Source: Scenedesmus sp. PABB004 (Eukaryota). Taken from it: a stretch of DNA of 64,000 nucleotides. Numbering within the stretch: position 1 is the first letter of the stretch; every line of letters starts with the position of its first letter. The translations under genes were made by a program, and so were the position numbers. Location of the stretch: assembly GCA_014905635.1 (NCBI GenBank), contig JABVCE010000017.1:310001-374000 (forward strand), given 5' to 3'. Shown piece by piece: positions 25,499 through 38,960 of the stretch. The notes under the pieces are model-generated. The model was not told the origin of the DNA, ran no database searches, and was given only the letters and a program-made list of their open reading frames with translations.

Positions 25499-27060
25499 GG
25501 ACCACAGGGATCAGGTGTGCATATAGAGATCACAAGTTGAACTGCCACAATGCAATGCAATGCAAAAGGATCGATCGGAGGCGCCACCGCCGCAGGTTTG
25601 GGCGCGCGCGCGTGCGTGCGTTCTGAGTTCGGAGCCGCGCATGGCAAGGCGTGCGACACGACCCTCCCCGACCCTTGCCCCGGCGTCCACGCGCACTGCG
25701 GCGCGGCGCAAGGGGGGAGCTTCATCCGGGGCCAGGGGATCGGGCAGGGATGCTGAGGCGGCGTTCTTGCCGGCTTTGTTCTGCCGCCGCGCATGCCATC
25801 TCGTCGCTGATGTCAAACACAAACAACAACACAAGCCGAGTCTCTGGGCAAGGCAGTGCCAGTGCAAGACGGTGCGGTGGTTTGGCGCTGGGGGCGCTCG
25901 CGCGGCGCAACACGCGCGTGCGTGCGCAAGCGCGCGCGGCACGGGCCGCCCGCCCGCCGATCGCTTCCAGTGCCAGAGAGCGGCGCTCACGCCGCAAGCA
26001 TTCACAGCCTCGAGCGCAGCACGGCTTGGCTTCTTGGCCGCGCGCCGCTGCGGTTGAACTGTGCAAGTGTTGAAAACCGTACGAGTGTTGAATTGATTGA
26101 AGCGCTGGCAGCGCTTCAGCCAGCGCCGAAGGCCGTTGTTTGTCGCGACACGCTTGACACAACAAAGGGCCGCTCAAAGGCATAAGAATGCCACGACTGT
26201 GCGCAAGGTCCCGGTGCAATTGGAGGGACACGGCAGCCCCGCCAAGCCCAGCCCAGGTGCGGCCTTCACCAGCCGCTCAAGGCAGGTGCGCCCGAGCACA
26301 CCAGCCAAGCCCAGCCCAGCCCAGATCACACCAGATCCCAAGCGTTCAGCTCCCAGCAGCGGGTGGCGCCGCCGGCAACGCTGCCCCCGGCCTGGCCACG
26401 GGTTTTGGCCAAGAGCACCCGGGGTTGTTGTTGTTCCGACGCCCCGAGCCCCCTAGGTGCAGGCCACCTAAGCTGCCGAGGCAGCAGCGGCTGCAGCCAT
26501 CCCAAAGAAGCAGAGCGATCCCACAGATCAGGGTCTGGTTAACGGCCCATTCGTTGCTGGGGCGGGCTCGGCAGCCCCCCGCCCCGCCAAAGAGACCCGT
26601 GCGTTTGCGCGGCGCGCAACGGCTGCGCTGGTTGGCAGCCGGCGACCGCGCGTGTTGCGTTGGCGCGCGCCAACCAGCGAGGCGCGCGCGGCGCGGGAGC
26701 GCAGCGCCGCGCCCGCGCGTCGCCGCGGGGCGCGCGCACGGCTCATGCCGCGCGCGGCGGCGGCGGGCCAGCAAGCTCAGTCGCGCTCCAGGCAGGCCAG
26801 TCAGGCCTATAAGAGCGCTGTACCACCAGCTTGCTGCAAAGCATGCGAACCATGCGTCGTGCGTTGACCAGCAGTGGTGCTGCGCGACCCGCTGCACTTG
26901 CGCAGACGGGTCTCTCCCAGCGCATGCTGCCCCGCGGCGCAGCCGCCTCGTGGCGCAGCCGCCCCCAACCCCTCGGCGGCTCTGCCAGCATCCCATGCAG
27001 GGGCGCACGCCCCCCGGGCGCGGCGCGGTCAATCGAAGCCGGGCTGCGAGCGGCGCGCGC

Positions 27061-28545
27061 TCAGAACATGCGCACAAGCTGCGGCCCAGCCAGGCCGGGG
27101 GCTCCCTGCATGCACTGCAGCTGCGCCAGCAGCGCCTGCTGCGCTGCCAGCTGCTGCTCCTGCTGCAGGAGCACGAGCTGCTGGTGCGCGAGCTGCGCCT
27201 CCTGGTGCTGCAGCCACAGCTGCTGCGCCGGCGCGGGGCCGAGGGCGCCGAGCTGCAGGAGCCCGGCGTGGCCGCCGCCGACCGCAAGCTGCTGCAGCGC
27301 CGCGGCGAGCGCGTCGCCGCCGCCCAGGTGAGGCGCGGCGCCGTGCGCGCCGCCTTGCGCGCCTGCGGGGCTCGCCGCGACCAGGCCCGCGAGCGGGCTC
27401 GTGAAGCCCGCCAGGGTCACCGTGTCGCAGGAGAAGAGGCTGCCGCTGCCGTCGGACGCCGTGGGCGACGCGCTGCCGAGGCTGCTGCTGCTCGCCGCGA
27501 CCGGCAGGCGCAGCTGCTGCGGCGGCGGCGGCGCGCACGCGCGGCCGCCGCTGCCCACCAGCACCAGGCCGGCGCTGCTCGGCGCGAGCACGTACAGCTC
27601 CCCGCTCGCCGGCAGCGCCGCCGCCAGGCTGCTCGCGTTGCTGGTTGACGGCGCGAGCGCGCCCAGGGGCGGCGCGCCAAACGCGCCGTGCGCGGCGGGC
27701 CGGCCGAGCGCCGTCGCGGCCGCGGCGGCCGCGATGTTGGCGCACAGCAGCGCGCCCTGCTGCGCCGCCGGCTGCTGCGGCTGCTGCGCCGTCTGGGCCG
27801 GCTGCGCTGCCGCGCCGCCGCCGGCGCCGCCGCCGCCGGGCGCGCGCGGCGCGGTCGGCGTGCGGAGCTCCGCGGGGCTGTGCGCGAAGAAGCAGACCGT
27901 GCGCGCGCAGGCGGCGCCCGCGGTGCACATCTGCGTGCGGTAGAGCTCGGGGTGGAGCCAGGACTCGAAGATCTGCGCGCGTCGGGCGGGCGGTCAGCAG
28001 TCGCCGCGGCCGGCCCCGAGTAGGCGCGCGCTGAGGGCACGCGCTGCCGCATAGCCGGGCCCAAATACCCCGTGGAAGCGTGCGTGAGCACCCGAGCCCG
28101 GCTGTGGGGGCGCGTGGCGACCACTCGCGGAGCGAGCTGGCGTCGACGGCGGGCGCGCAGCTCACGTTGTGCGCCAGGTGGCAGGCGTCGCCGCGCGGGC
28201 AACCTCCGTCACGCTTGACGTCGACACAGAGCTGGTGGGAGTAGTTGTGGGTGCGCAGGTCGCGCCGACGGGCCTTTTCGCCCCAGTGGGCGAAGACACA
28301 TGTCTGCCAGTTGTGCGCGATGCGCTGCGGCCGCGGCGCGGGGTAAGAAAGCGTGAGGTTGAGCGGACGCGAGTGGGCCGGCCGCGGACGGCCGGCCGCG
28401 CGCGTGCACGGCGCGGGACGGCGCCGGCCATCGCCCGCCGCGCCGGGCGCACCTTGCTGCAGGGCAGCACCTTCATGGCATACATGCGGAACTCATCTGT
28501 TGCATACAGGTCGCCAAAGTCGGTGGCGGGCCCGGGGGCCGCCAT
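27061..28545 (-). CDS. RR-TZF tandem CCCH zinc-finger protein; 3 exons
   Basis: [41 protein letters not shown]-x8-C-x5-C-x3-H..|[28 protein letters not shown], followed by a Q/A-rich tail. Confidence 0.92.
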
Positions 28546-29222
28546 GGCGCGCGGGACCGGCACCACCGAGCGCTGGCGGGCTGCGCGCGCTGCGCTGCTG
28601 CTGCGCGCTGCGCGGAGTGATGCTCTAGCGGGTGGCGGTCAAGCGGGGCAATGGGCGCGGAGGGTGCCGCGCGCCGCGCGGTCGCCGCCAGCGCACGCGG
28701 CAGCCGGGCAGTCGGGCAGTCGTACGTACTCGGTGCTCATCACTGAGCCGCTGCGAGCACGGTGGGCCTCAAGAAGCTCGTGCCAAGCCGTGACGGCGCG
28801 CGCGGCGCCGGGGGGCCCGCTCGCCGGGCCGTGGCAACTGCACCAGTCACTATTATGTGCGCGCCGATTAGGTGCCCACCCCAACCAGCCCCGCCGCGAT
28901 CTGGCCGCGGGAGCGCCAGCCGTCGCGCCACGGCGGCCGGGCGGGGCGGCGCGGCCTCGGCTGGCGCGTCGTGCTCGCGCCGCGCGTAAGCTTCGGGCCG
29001 CCCGCCGTCAGTTGACTGCCGGCGGTGACGCCGGCGGCGGCCCGCGCCCGCCGCGGCGGCTGGCAGCGCCCTGCGGCGGCGGCGCGCGCGTGGCGCGCGG
29101 CACGCGCCCGAGCCACGGGCGTCGCCCCGCGCGCTGGCGGGCACGCCGCGGCGGCGGGCCGGCCTGCGCTGCAGCGCAGCGCGGAGGGAGCAGCGGCGCG
29201 CAGCGCGGCGCAGCCTGCTGCC

Positions 29223-29407
29223 ATGGCGGAGCACGAGCAGTGTCACCTGCGGCCGCAGAACCCCGCCAACCCTGGTGGCGTTGTTCGGTGCTGCGCGTGT
29301 GCCGCCGCCGCCCGCGCGCGCCGTGCGGCGGGCGGGGGCCGCTGTGCGCCGGGCGCGCGCGCGCGACGCCGCTGCTGGCCCCCTCGGCTGCGTCGCCGCC
29401 CGCAGAC
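29223..29407 (+). pseudogene. Degenerate copy of cyclophilin exon 1 + intron 1
   Basis: atggcggagcacgagcagtgtcacctgcggccgcagaaccccgccaaccctggtggcgttg, compared with the intact copy at 30662. It has indels and ends just after the cag acceptor. Confidence 0.8.
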
Positions 29408-30661
29408 CTGTCTGCAACCGATGAATTCCGCGTCATGAACGTGCTGCCCTGCCAAAGTCGGTGGCGGGCCCGGGGGCCGCCATGGCGCGCGGGACCGGCA
29501 CCACCGCGCGCTGGCGGGCTGCGCGCGCTGCGCTGCTGCGCGCTGCGCGGAGTGATGCTCTGGCGGTGGCGGTCAAGCGGGGCAATGGGCGCGGAGGGGT
29601 GCCGCGCGCCGCGCGGTCGCCGCCAGCGCACGCGGCAGCCGGGCAGTCGTACGTACTCGGTGCTCATCACTGAGGCCGCTGCGAGCCCGTGTGGGAGCAC
29701 GGTGGGCCTCAAGAAGCTCGTGCCAAGCCGTGACGGCGCGCGCGGCGCCGGGGGGCCCGCTCGCCGGGCCGTGGCAACTGCACCAGTCACTATTATGTGC
29801 GCGCCGATTAGGTGCCCACCACAACCAGCCCCGCCGCGATCTGGCCGCGGGAGCGCCAGCCGTCGCGCCACGGCGGCCGGGCGGGGCGGCGCGGCCTCGG
29901 CTGGCGCGTCGTGCTCGCGCCGCGCGTAAGCTTCGGGCCGCCCGCCGTCAGTTGACTGCCGGCGGTGACGCCGGCGGCGGCCCGCGCCCGCCGCGGCGGC
30001 TGGCAGCGCCCTGCGGCGGCGGCGCGCGCGTGGCGCGCGGCACGCGCCCGAGCCACGGGCGTGCCCCCCACGCGCCGGCGGGCCACGCCGCGGCGGCGGG
30101 CCAGGGCCCAGCGATCGCCCGCGGCGGTGGGGCGGGCCGCCCCGTGGCGCGGCGGCGACGCCTGCGCTGGCGCCGGCGGCAAGTGCCGATGCTGTGTCGC
30201 GGGCGAGGGCACTGCGCGCGAAGGGCTCAGCCGTGACGCGCCGTGTGCCGCGCCGGCGCCGGTGGCGGCGACACGCCCGCCACACCCCCACCAGCTCGCG
30301 CACCGAGCCGCGCTCCTGCCGCCGCCGCTCGCGCCGCTGCTCGCTCCCGCTGCCACCGCCAGCGGCGCTGCTCCTGGCGGCCCTGGCCGACCGACCGCCG
30401 CATCCATCCATCGCCACAGCGCCTCTCCTCAGCCGGGTGCCGCGCGGCAGCAGAGCGGGGGCGCTCCCAGCAGGCGGCAGCAGCCCATCGCAGCAGCAGT
30501 CGCCCCACCCGCGCGCTCGGAGCCGCCCAGCCGCCCAGCAGCCGCCTGGGCGCCGCGAGCGCGCGGTTTGTGATTCGTGACCGGGCGCGGCGCGGCCAGC
30601 CGGGCGGCCAGCGCGGAGGGAGCAGCAGCAGCAGCAGAGCAGCGCGGCGCAGCCCGCGGCC

Positions 30662-32195
<1,534 letters not shown>

Positions 32196-32820
32196 GCCGC
32201 GCGCGCGCGGCGCGGGAGGCGGCCGAGGGGTGGTGCCGGGCGCCGCGCTGCGTGCGCTGCGTGACGGCCGGCGGCGGCGGTGGCGCGGCGCGCGTGGAAC
32301 GCTCTGACGACGCCTCGCTGGCTCGCCCTGGCCTAGTCTAGCCGCCCGCCCGCTGCCAGCCCGCTGCCAGCCGGCCGCGAGAAGGGGCCCGTCGGCGCGC
32401 GGACCAGGTGTTACGGCGCGCGCGCACGCTCGCTCCAGCCACCAGCCTGAGGCCGGATCGGCGGGCAGAGGTCCGCTGCGCCGCGCCCCACGCCGCGCGG
32501 CGGCGGCCGGCGCTGCACGCCCGCCACGCCGCCCCGCCCGGGCGACGGCGGGCCCCCACAGTTTGGTCGCGCCGCGCGCCGGCCGGCGCCCCCGCCCCGC
32601 GTAGCCGAGGGGTCCCGCCCAGCTCGCCCCACCCCCTGCCAGCGCCCCGCCCGACTCATCCAAGCAATGCACCCCGCTCGCCGCCCGCCCTAGCTACGCG
32701 TACACGCCCTGCCTAACCGTACTCCCGCTGCGCTGGTGATCATTAATGATCAGTCGGCGCGGCCGAGCCGCCCCCGCAGCTCGGGCCGAGGCGCCGCTCA
32801 CGCGTCCTGCTCCTGCAGGC

Positions 32821-32889
<69 letters not shown>
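32821..32889. repeat. (GCG)n trinucleotide microsatellite
   Basis: Pure gcg run between the convergent gene ends. Confidence 0.9.
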
Positions 32890-32890
<1 letters not shown>

Positions 32891-33026
32891 GGGTCAGGCG
32901 CGGCGCCGGGGGAGGCTCGGGCGGCGGTGGCGACGGGGTGCGAGGCGAGACCAGGGGCGCCGAGGACGGTCGTCCCGGTCGTGCGTGCGGGACGTGCACA
33001 CGTGCCTGGCGCGGCGCGGCCCGGGG

Positions 33027-36000
33027 TCACAGCCGCCGCGCCGCCCTGGCCGCCTGCACGGCGCGGGCCAGCAGGCCGTCGAGCCGGGCGCGCACGCCGC
33101 TGACTCCTGCTGCGCCGCCAGCGGCGGCGCTGCCCAGCAGGCCGCTGCCGCTGCCCAGCAGGCCGCTGCCGAGCGCTGGCGCGCGCGGCCGCGGCTGCTG
33201 TGCGCCGGCGGCCTGCCAGCGGGCACCGGCACCGGCGCCCGGCAGGCCGCCGGCCAGGCCGGTGAGGCGGCTGCCGAGTGCCGACAGCAGGCCGGCGCCG
33301 CGCGGTGGGCTGGCCGGCGCGCCAGCGCCGGCGACGGCCGTCACGCGCACGGGCGGCGGCAGGCCCCCGGCGGGGCCGGCGCCGGCCACGATGGCGCCGG
33401 GCGGCGTTGACGTGGGGCGGCCCTGCTCGTCGTAATAGGTGGTGCTGCTGACCAGGCCGCCGCCGCCGTACAGGGCGCCCGCGGCGTCGCCGACGCGCGC
33501 CGACTCGAGGCTCGCCGCGCCGCCGCCGGGCTGCTGCTGCGTCGCCGCCGCCGCCGCCGCGGGCTGCCGCGCCGCCGCCGCGGCGGCCTGCTGCGCGGCG
33601 AGCTGCGCGGCGTTGATTGCGGCCTGCCACTCGCCCGGGTGCTCGGCAAGGTACGCCTGCACGAGCGCCTGCTGCGCCGCGGCGAGCTGCTGCGGCTGAT
33701 ACTGCGCGAGATAGCTCTGCGCCGCGGCGAGGCTCTGCGCCGCGTGCGGCAGCGCCGGCAGCGCGCCGCCGCCGCCGGGCCCCGCGCGCCCGCCGCGCCG
33801 GGCGGCAGCTGCGCGGGGTCGATCGCGGTCGGCCACGCCGCGGTGCTGGCGACGCCCCCGGCGGCGGCGGCCGCGGCCGCGGCGGCGCCGCCGTCCATGC
33901 CGAGCGCCTGCGCGGCGTAGCCCGCCTGGGCGCTGCCGTCGCCGCTGAAGGGACTGCCGGGGCCGGCGGCGCCGCCGCCGGCCTGGCCGCCGGCCTGGCC
34001 GCCGGCCTGGCCCCCCTGTGCAAGGCTGCCCGACTCCAGGCGGCCGTTGAGGCCTGGTTGCTGCTGCTGCTGCAGCTGCTGGAAGGGGGCCGCCGCGGCG
34101 GCCAGCTGCTGCTGCTGCAGCGCCGCGAGCTGGGCGGCGATGCCCTGGCCCTGCTGCATCGCCTGCGGCAGCCCCTGCGGCAGCAGGCCCTGCCCCTGCT
34201 GCAGCGCGGCGAGCTGGGGCGGCAGCCCCTGCCCGCGCTGCAGCGACGCGAGCTGCTCGGCCGCGGCCGCCGGCGACTGCCGCTGCGCCGCCGCCGGCGC
34301 GGCGCCCTGCTGCGCCGCCGCCGCACTCTGCTGCTGCGCCTGCAGCTGCTCCGGCGCGGCGGGGCCGTCCAGGGGCCCTAGCATGTCATCCATCAGCGTG
34401 AAATCAAACCCCACGCCATCGCCGGCGGGCCGGATCGAAAAGCCGTTGATGTCGTAGCCGCCGCCGGCGGCCGCGCGGAGGTCGCCAGCGCCGGCTGCGC
34501 CGAGCCCGCCACCGCCGCCCAGCCCGCCGAGCAGCCCGCCCAGCCCGCGCGCGAGCCCACCCGCGCCGCCGCTCAGCCCCAGCCCCCCGGGGAGGCCCCC
34601 GCCCACCTGCAGCAGGTGGCGCGTCGCCGGCGCGGCGGCGGCGGCGCCGGTGGGCGCGAAGCCGGCCTTGGCGGCAAAGGAGCTCACGGACTTGAGCACG
34701 TCCTCCAGGGGCGGCAGGCCCTCGGGCGGCGGCGGCAGCGCCTTGAGCACCTGGGTTTGGGGTTGAGGGGCGGGGCACAGCGCGGAGCGGAGGGCACGCG
34801 CGTCGGCGCCGTCACGGCACGCGCTCTGCCCCCGGCCCGCGCCCGCCGCCGCGCCTAGACCCTGCTAGCGAGGCCGCCCGCCGCACCTGGCTGAGCGCGG
34901 CGGCGTCGAACTTGCCCTGCGCCGCGTTGGCGATGAGGCTGTTGATGTCGGTCTTGGACCTGCGGCGCAGCGGCGCAGCGGCGCGCGGCGCACGATGCGC
35001 GTGAGTCCGTTGAACACCGGCAGGGCGTGGCGGCGGGCGCGGCCGGGGCGCGGGCCCGAGGGTTGCTGCGGAGCCGCCCCTGCCGCGGCCGCCGCCCCCC
35101 CCCCCCCCCCCCCTGGGAGGGTTTAGGTCTCGTTCAACACCCAAACCCACCAGTCGATCTGGGGCAGCTTGGTGACAAAGTCGGCGAGCGGCTGCACCGC
35201 GGCGGCGACCTCGCCGAGGGGCGGGAGGTTGTCGGGCATCGTGAAGTTCACGGTCTTGATGAGCGTCTTGAAGTCGCCGCTCTGCGCGCGCGCGCGTTTG
35301 AAAAACGAGGGTCGGTTTGAAAACGAGGCTTTTGAGCCGCCGAGGCGAAAGACCGCCGCGGCGGCCGGCCTCGCGCCCGGGGCCGGGGCGATGAAAATGG
35401 GCCCGAACAGGGCCCGACCGGACCCCGCGAGCGCCGCCGCCTCAAAACCTAAACCCTAAACCCTAAGCCCTAGACCCTCCCGCACCTGCAGGGCGTTGAG
35501 GCCGGTGATGACCTTCTCGAGGCTGGGCATCTTGGGGAGCTGGCTCGGGTCAAACGTTGGGATGGTGATCTTGCTGAGGTCAACGTTCTGCGGCGGTTCA
35601 GGGTTTGGGGGAGCGGGCGCAGGGCGTCGGTGAGTTTTCGGGGCGGCCGGTCGGGTCGAGGCCGCGGCGGCGGGGGCGCCCGAGCCGCGCCGCGCGCGCG
35701 CCCGCCGGCCCCGGCGCAGCGCCCTCAACCCTGAGCCAAACCGCCACGCACGCTGGGCAGGGGCGGGAGCTTGAGCTCGGGCATCTTGACGCCGGGCGGG
35801 AGCGGCACGCCCTTCATGATCTCCTCCAGCGTCGCGACAAACGTGGCGTTGGCCTGGTTGATGACCTCCGCCAGGCTCGGCAGCTCCACCTGCGGCGCGG
35901 CGCGGCCCGCGGCGGCGGGGCGTCGGCCGGCGGCGGCGGCGCGCCCGACGGCGCGGCGGCTGTTTTTTTTCACGCTTCTTGAGCCCGCCGCCGCCAAAGC

Positions 36001-36522
36001 CCGCCCTGAAACGCCTATCAAAAACCCGGGTTGCGCCCTTATGCATAGCCATATCGCCAAGCCCCGCGCCACGCGGCGCACCGCCTTGGGGTCGAACATT
36101 GGCTTCATGAACTCGCTGAGGGGCGGCAGGTTCATCTCCTCCCAGCTCGGCAGGCCGACGGAGGCGAGGAACTCGTTGAGCGGCGGGAGGTTGATCGACT
36201 CAAGCGGCGGCAGGAAGTCGGACAGCGGCGGCAGCTCCACGCCGTTGGGCATGAGCCCCAGCGCGGGCAGGGCGGGGAGCTTGGAGAGGTCGAGCTTGGA
36301 GAGGTCGAACCCGGCGCCGCCCTGCTGCGCCGCGGTGAGCGAGCGCGCGGTCGCGCCCGACGCTGCGGGCGCGCGCGGCGGCGCGGGGCGGAGAGTGAGG
36401 TGGGGAGGCTGGGGTGGAGGGGTCGCGGGCCAGCGGGCCTGGGCGCCAGCGGCGGCGGCGGCGCGGCGGGCCGCACCAGCCAGGCCGACGACCAGCAGGC
36501 AGATGAGCCCCGCGCGCCTCAT
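33027..36522 (-). CDS. Hypothetical secreted protein with repeated LPPL-x-E/D modules and a G/Q/A-rich C-terminus (multi-exon)
   Basis: Signal-like MRRAGLICLLVVGLA|. Phase-consistent exons contain LPPLSDF, LPPLES, LPPLNEF, LPPLSEF, LPSLAEV, MPSLEKV, LPPLGEV and LPPLEDV, then RHLLQ. A frame change near 33785 is needed; the 3' end is uncertain. Confidence 0.7.
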
Positions 36523-38316
36523 GGTGGCGCTCTGCGGCGGCGGGGTGAGGCGTCAGGCCGGTCAGGGGGACTCCACGGGCGCGGATTGCTGGCGTGCGCG
36601 GCGCGGCGAGGCGTCCTCGCGCGCGTGTAGTGCCGCGCGGTAGGCGGGGCGATGCGGCCCGCCCCGAGCTCCCCGGGGCCTCGCTGGCTCCCGGGCAGCG
36701 CCCAAGCAGTTCGTTCAGCCGCGCACCTGCTGGTGAAAGCTGTGTCAGGGCCTGGGCGGCTCGCGCGAGAGCTGCAACGTCTGCTGCTTCGCCCCGGCCG
36801 GCGCGGCGCGACCCTGGGCTGCTGCGCGCACTCGTTCCCCGCACTCGCTCTCAAAAACGAGGGCGCGTCGAGCAGGTGTGGGCGCGCGGCGGGGCCGGGG
36901 GACCCGCGCGGGCGCGGAGTTTCTGCGGCGCGCGACAACTGCGGGCGCGGCGAGGGTTCTCCCAGCCTGCCCGCAGATCGCGTCTTGCGAGGCCAAAGGA
37001 GTGACGCAGCGCTGCGAGCTGCAGCGCGCTGCGCGGCGCCCTGCCGCACCAGGGCGTGCGGGCCGCCAGCGCACGGCGGCGCGGGGGACACCAGAGCTGC
37101 TGCCAGGTGCTGGGCCGGCGCGGGGCGCCCTGGATGCGGGTACGACACACCCAGTCACCGCCTGGCTGCGCGCTGCGGGGGGCAGCGCCGCGCCGGGCCG
37201 CGCGGCAGCCGTGGTCAACGCGCGCCGACCCACACTCTGAACTGAACCGTTGAGCCCCCGGCCTCGCCACCGCGGGAGCACCTGCGATGGGCTTGAAACC
37301 GGCGGCTGGGGGGAATGGGGGCGGCAGAGGGGCCCTCAGGGGCGCCCCGACTGGGCTCGCAGAGCGCCCGGCCGCGCGCGGAACGCAGCGCGCCGCCGCC
37401 CCCAACGCCGACGATGGGGCCACCTACGAGCGCCGGCCGCCTGCAGTGGCCACAGCTGCGACCCACAAACTCAGTGTCCACTCTTCACGCGCACACCGGC
37501 GCCCTGCGGGACTCGCGCATGCCCGCGCGCGGCGGCGCAACCGCCTCGAAGCGCCGCCGCCGGCAGCACTGCCGCCGCCTGCCGCGGTGTCCGCCCGCAC
37601 AACCGCGCGCCGCACACACACACGCACGCCCCTGCGCCAGACCAAGCAGCACTTTTGGCGAGCGCGCTGGGGCCATCGCCGCAAGCAAGGTGGGCGGTGG
37701 CGCGCGCGTGGGCGGCCCTGCCGCAGCCGCCGCGGGCGTATGGGAGGGGCTGCCGTGGCGTGGCAGCCAGGCCAGGAAATTGGCTGCCAGGGCGCGCCAG
37801 CGGCGAGGGGCGGGGCCAGCAACCCGCGCCCACCAGGCGCCGCGCAGAGCGCGCCAGGGCAGCGGCGGGCGTGCCTCGGTGCTGCTTTGGGCCGGCCTGA
37901 CACGCGAGAGCCCGGCCGCGGCGGCCGCACGCGGTGCGGCTGGCCGGGCGGGCGGGAGCAGCAGGCGAAGCCCTCTCTAGCTCCCAGCCCCGCCGGCCTG
38001 CGCATCCCGGCAACCCGGGGGCGGCAGTGAGCGCTCTAGGCCGGGGTGATTGGAGGCAGCCCGCGCGCGAGCGGTGGCGGAGCACGGCGCGGCGCCGGCG
38101 CCGGCTGCTGGAGCGGCCGCCGTTCCCCGCCCGGCTGGCGGCAGGGGGCGCCGCCCCTGCCGCCGCCGCCGCCGCCGCTGCCGGTGTCGCTGCCCCCACC
38201 GTGGCCCTCGTGCGGCCTCTCACCACCTCACGCGCCGCCCCGCCGCCCGCGCCGCGCAGAAAGGCGCCTGCAGGAGAGGGCGCAGCGCGGCATGGCGCGA
38301 CCCCCCGGGCTGGCGC

Positions 38317-38894
38317 ATGCCGAGCCTTGACCGGGGGATGAAGCGGGGCCTTCATGGCTCGCCAGCGCCAGGCGACGGCGGCGCCGCGGCAGCGCTGGCG
38401 GCGGCAGAGCGCGGCGCCGCGGCGGCGGCAGGCGGCGGCATGACGCGGCCGGACCTCGGCGGCCCGGCCGCCGTCGCCGCGCCGGCGCCGGCGGCCGTGC
38501 CGGGCGGCGCCGGGGGCAAGCCCGCCGCCGTTGGCGGCGCCGCCGCCAACGGCGCGGACGGCCGCGGCGCTCCCAAGCAGCCCGAGCCGCCGGCGGCCGC
38601 TGCTGCGCCGGCGGGGGCGTCTGAGGCAGGGAGCAGCTGCACGAACGAGGGCGTGGCGGCGGGCGACGCGGAGAGCAGCGATGCGACGTCCGGCGCCCGA
38701 CACGAGCGCCCGGCCAGCAGCAGCCCGGGCGGGGACAGCAGCAGCGACGCGTCGTCGGCGCTGCCCTTTGCGTTCAAGGCAACGCCCACAGCAGCAGTCA
38801 AGCCACCCGCGACGCCGCCTGCGGCGGCGCCGGCGCCGGCGGCGAGCGGGGGCGCGCCTGCGCCGGCGCCCGCCGCGGCGGCGCCCGCCGCGGC

Positions 38895-38960
<66 letters not shown>

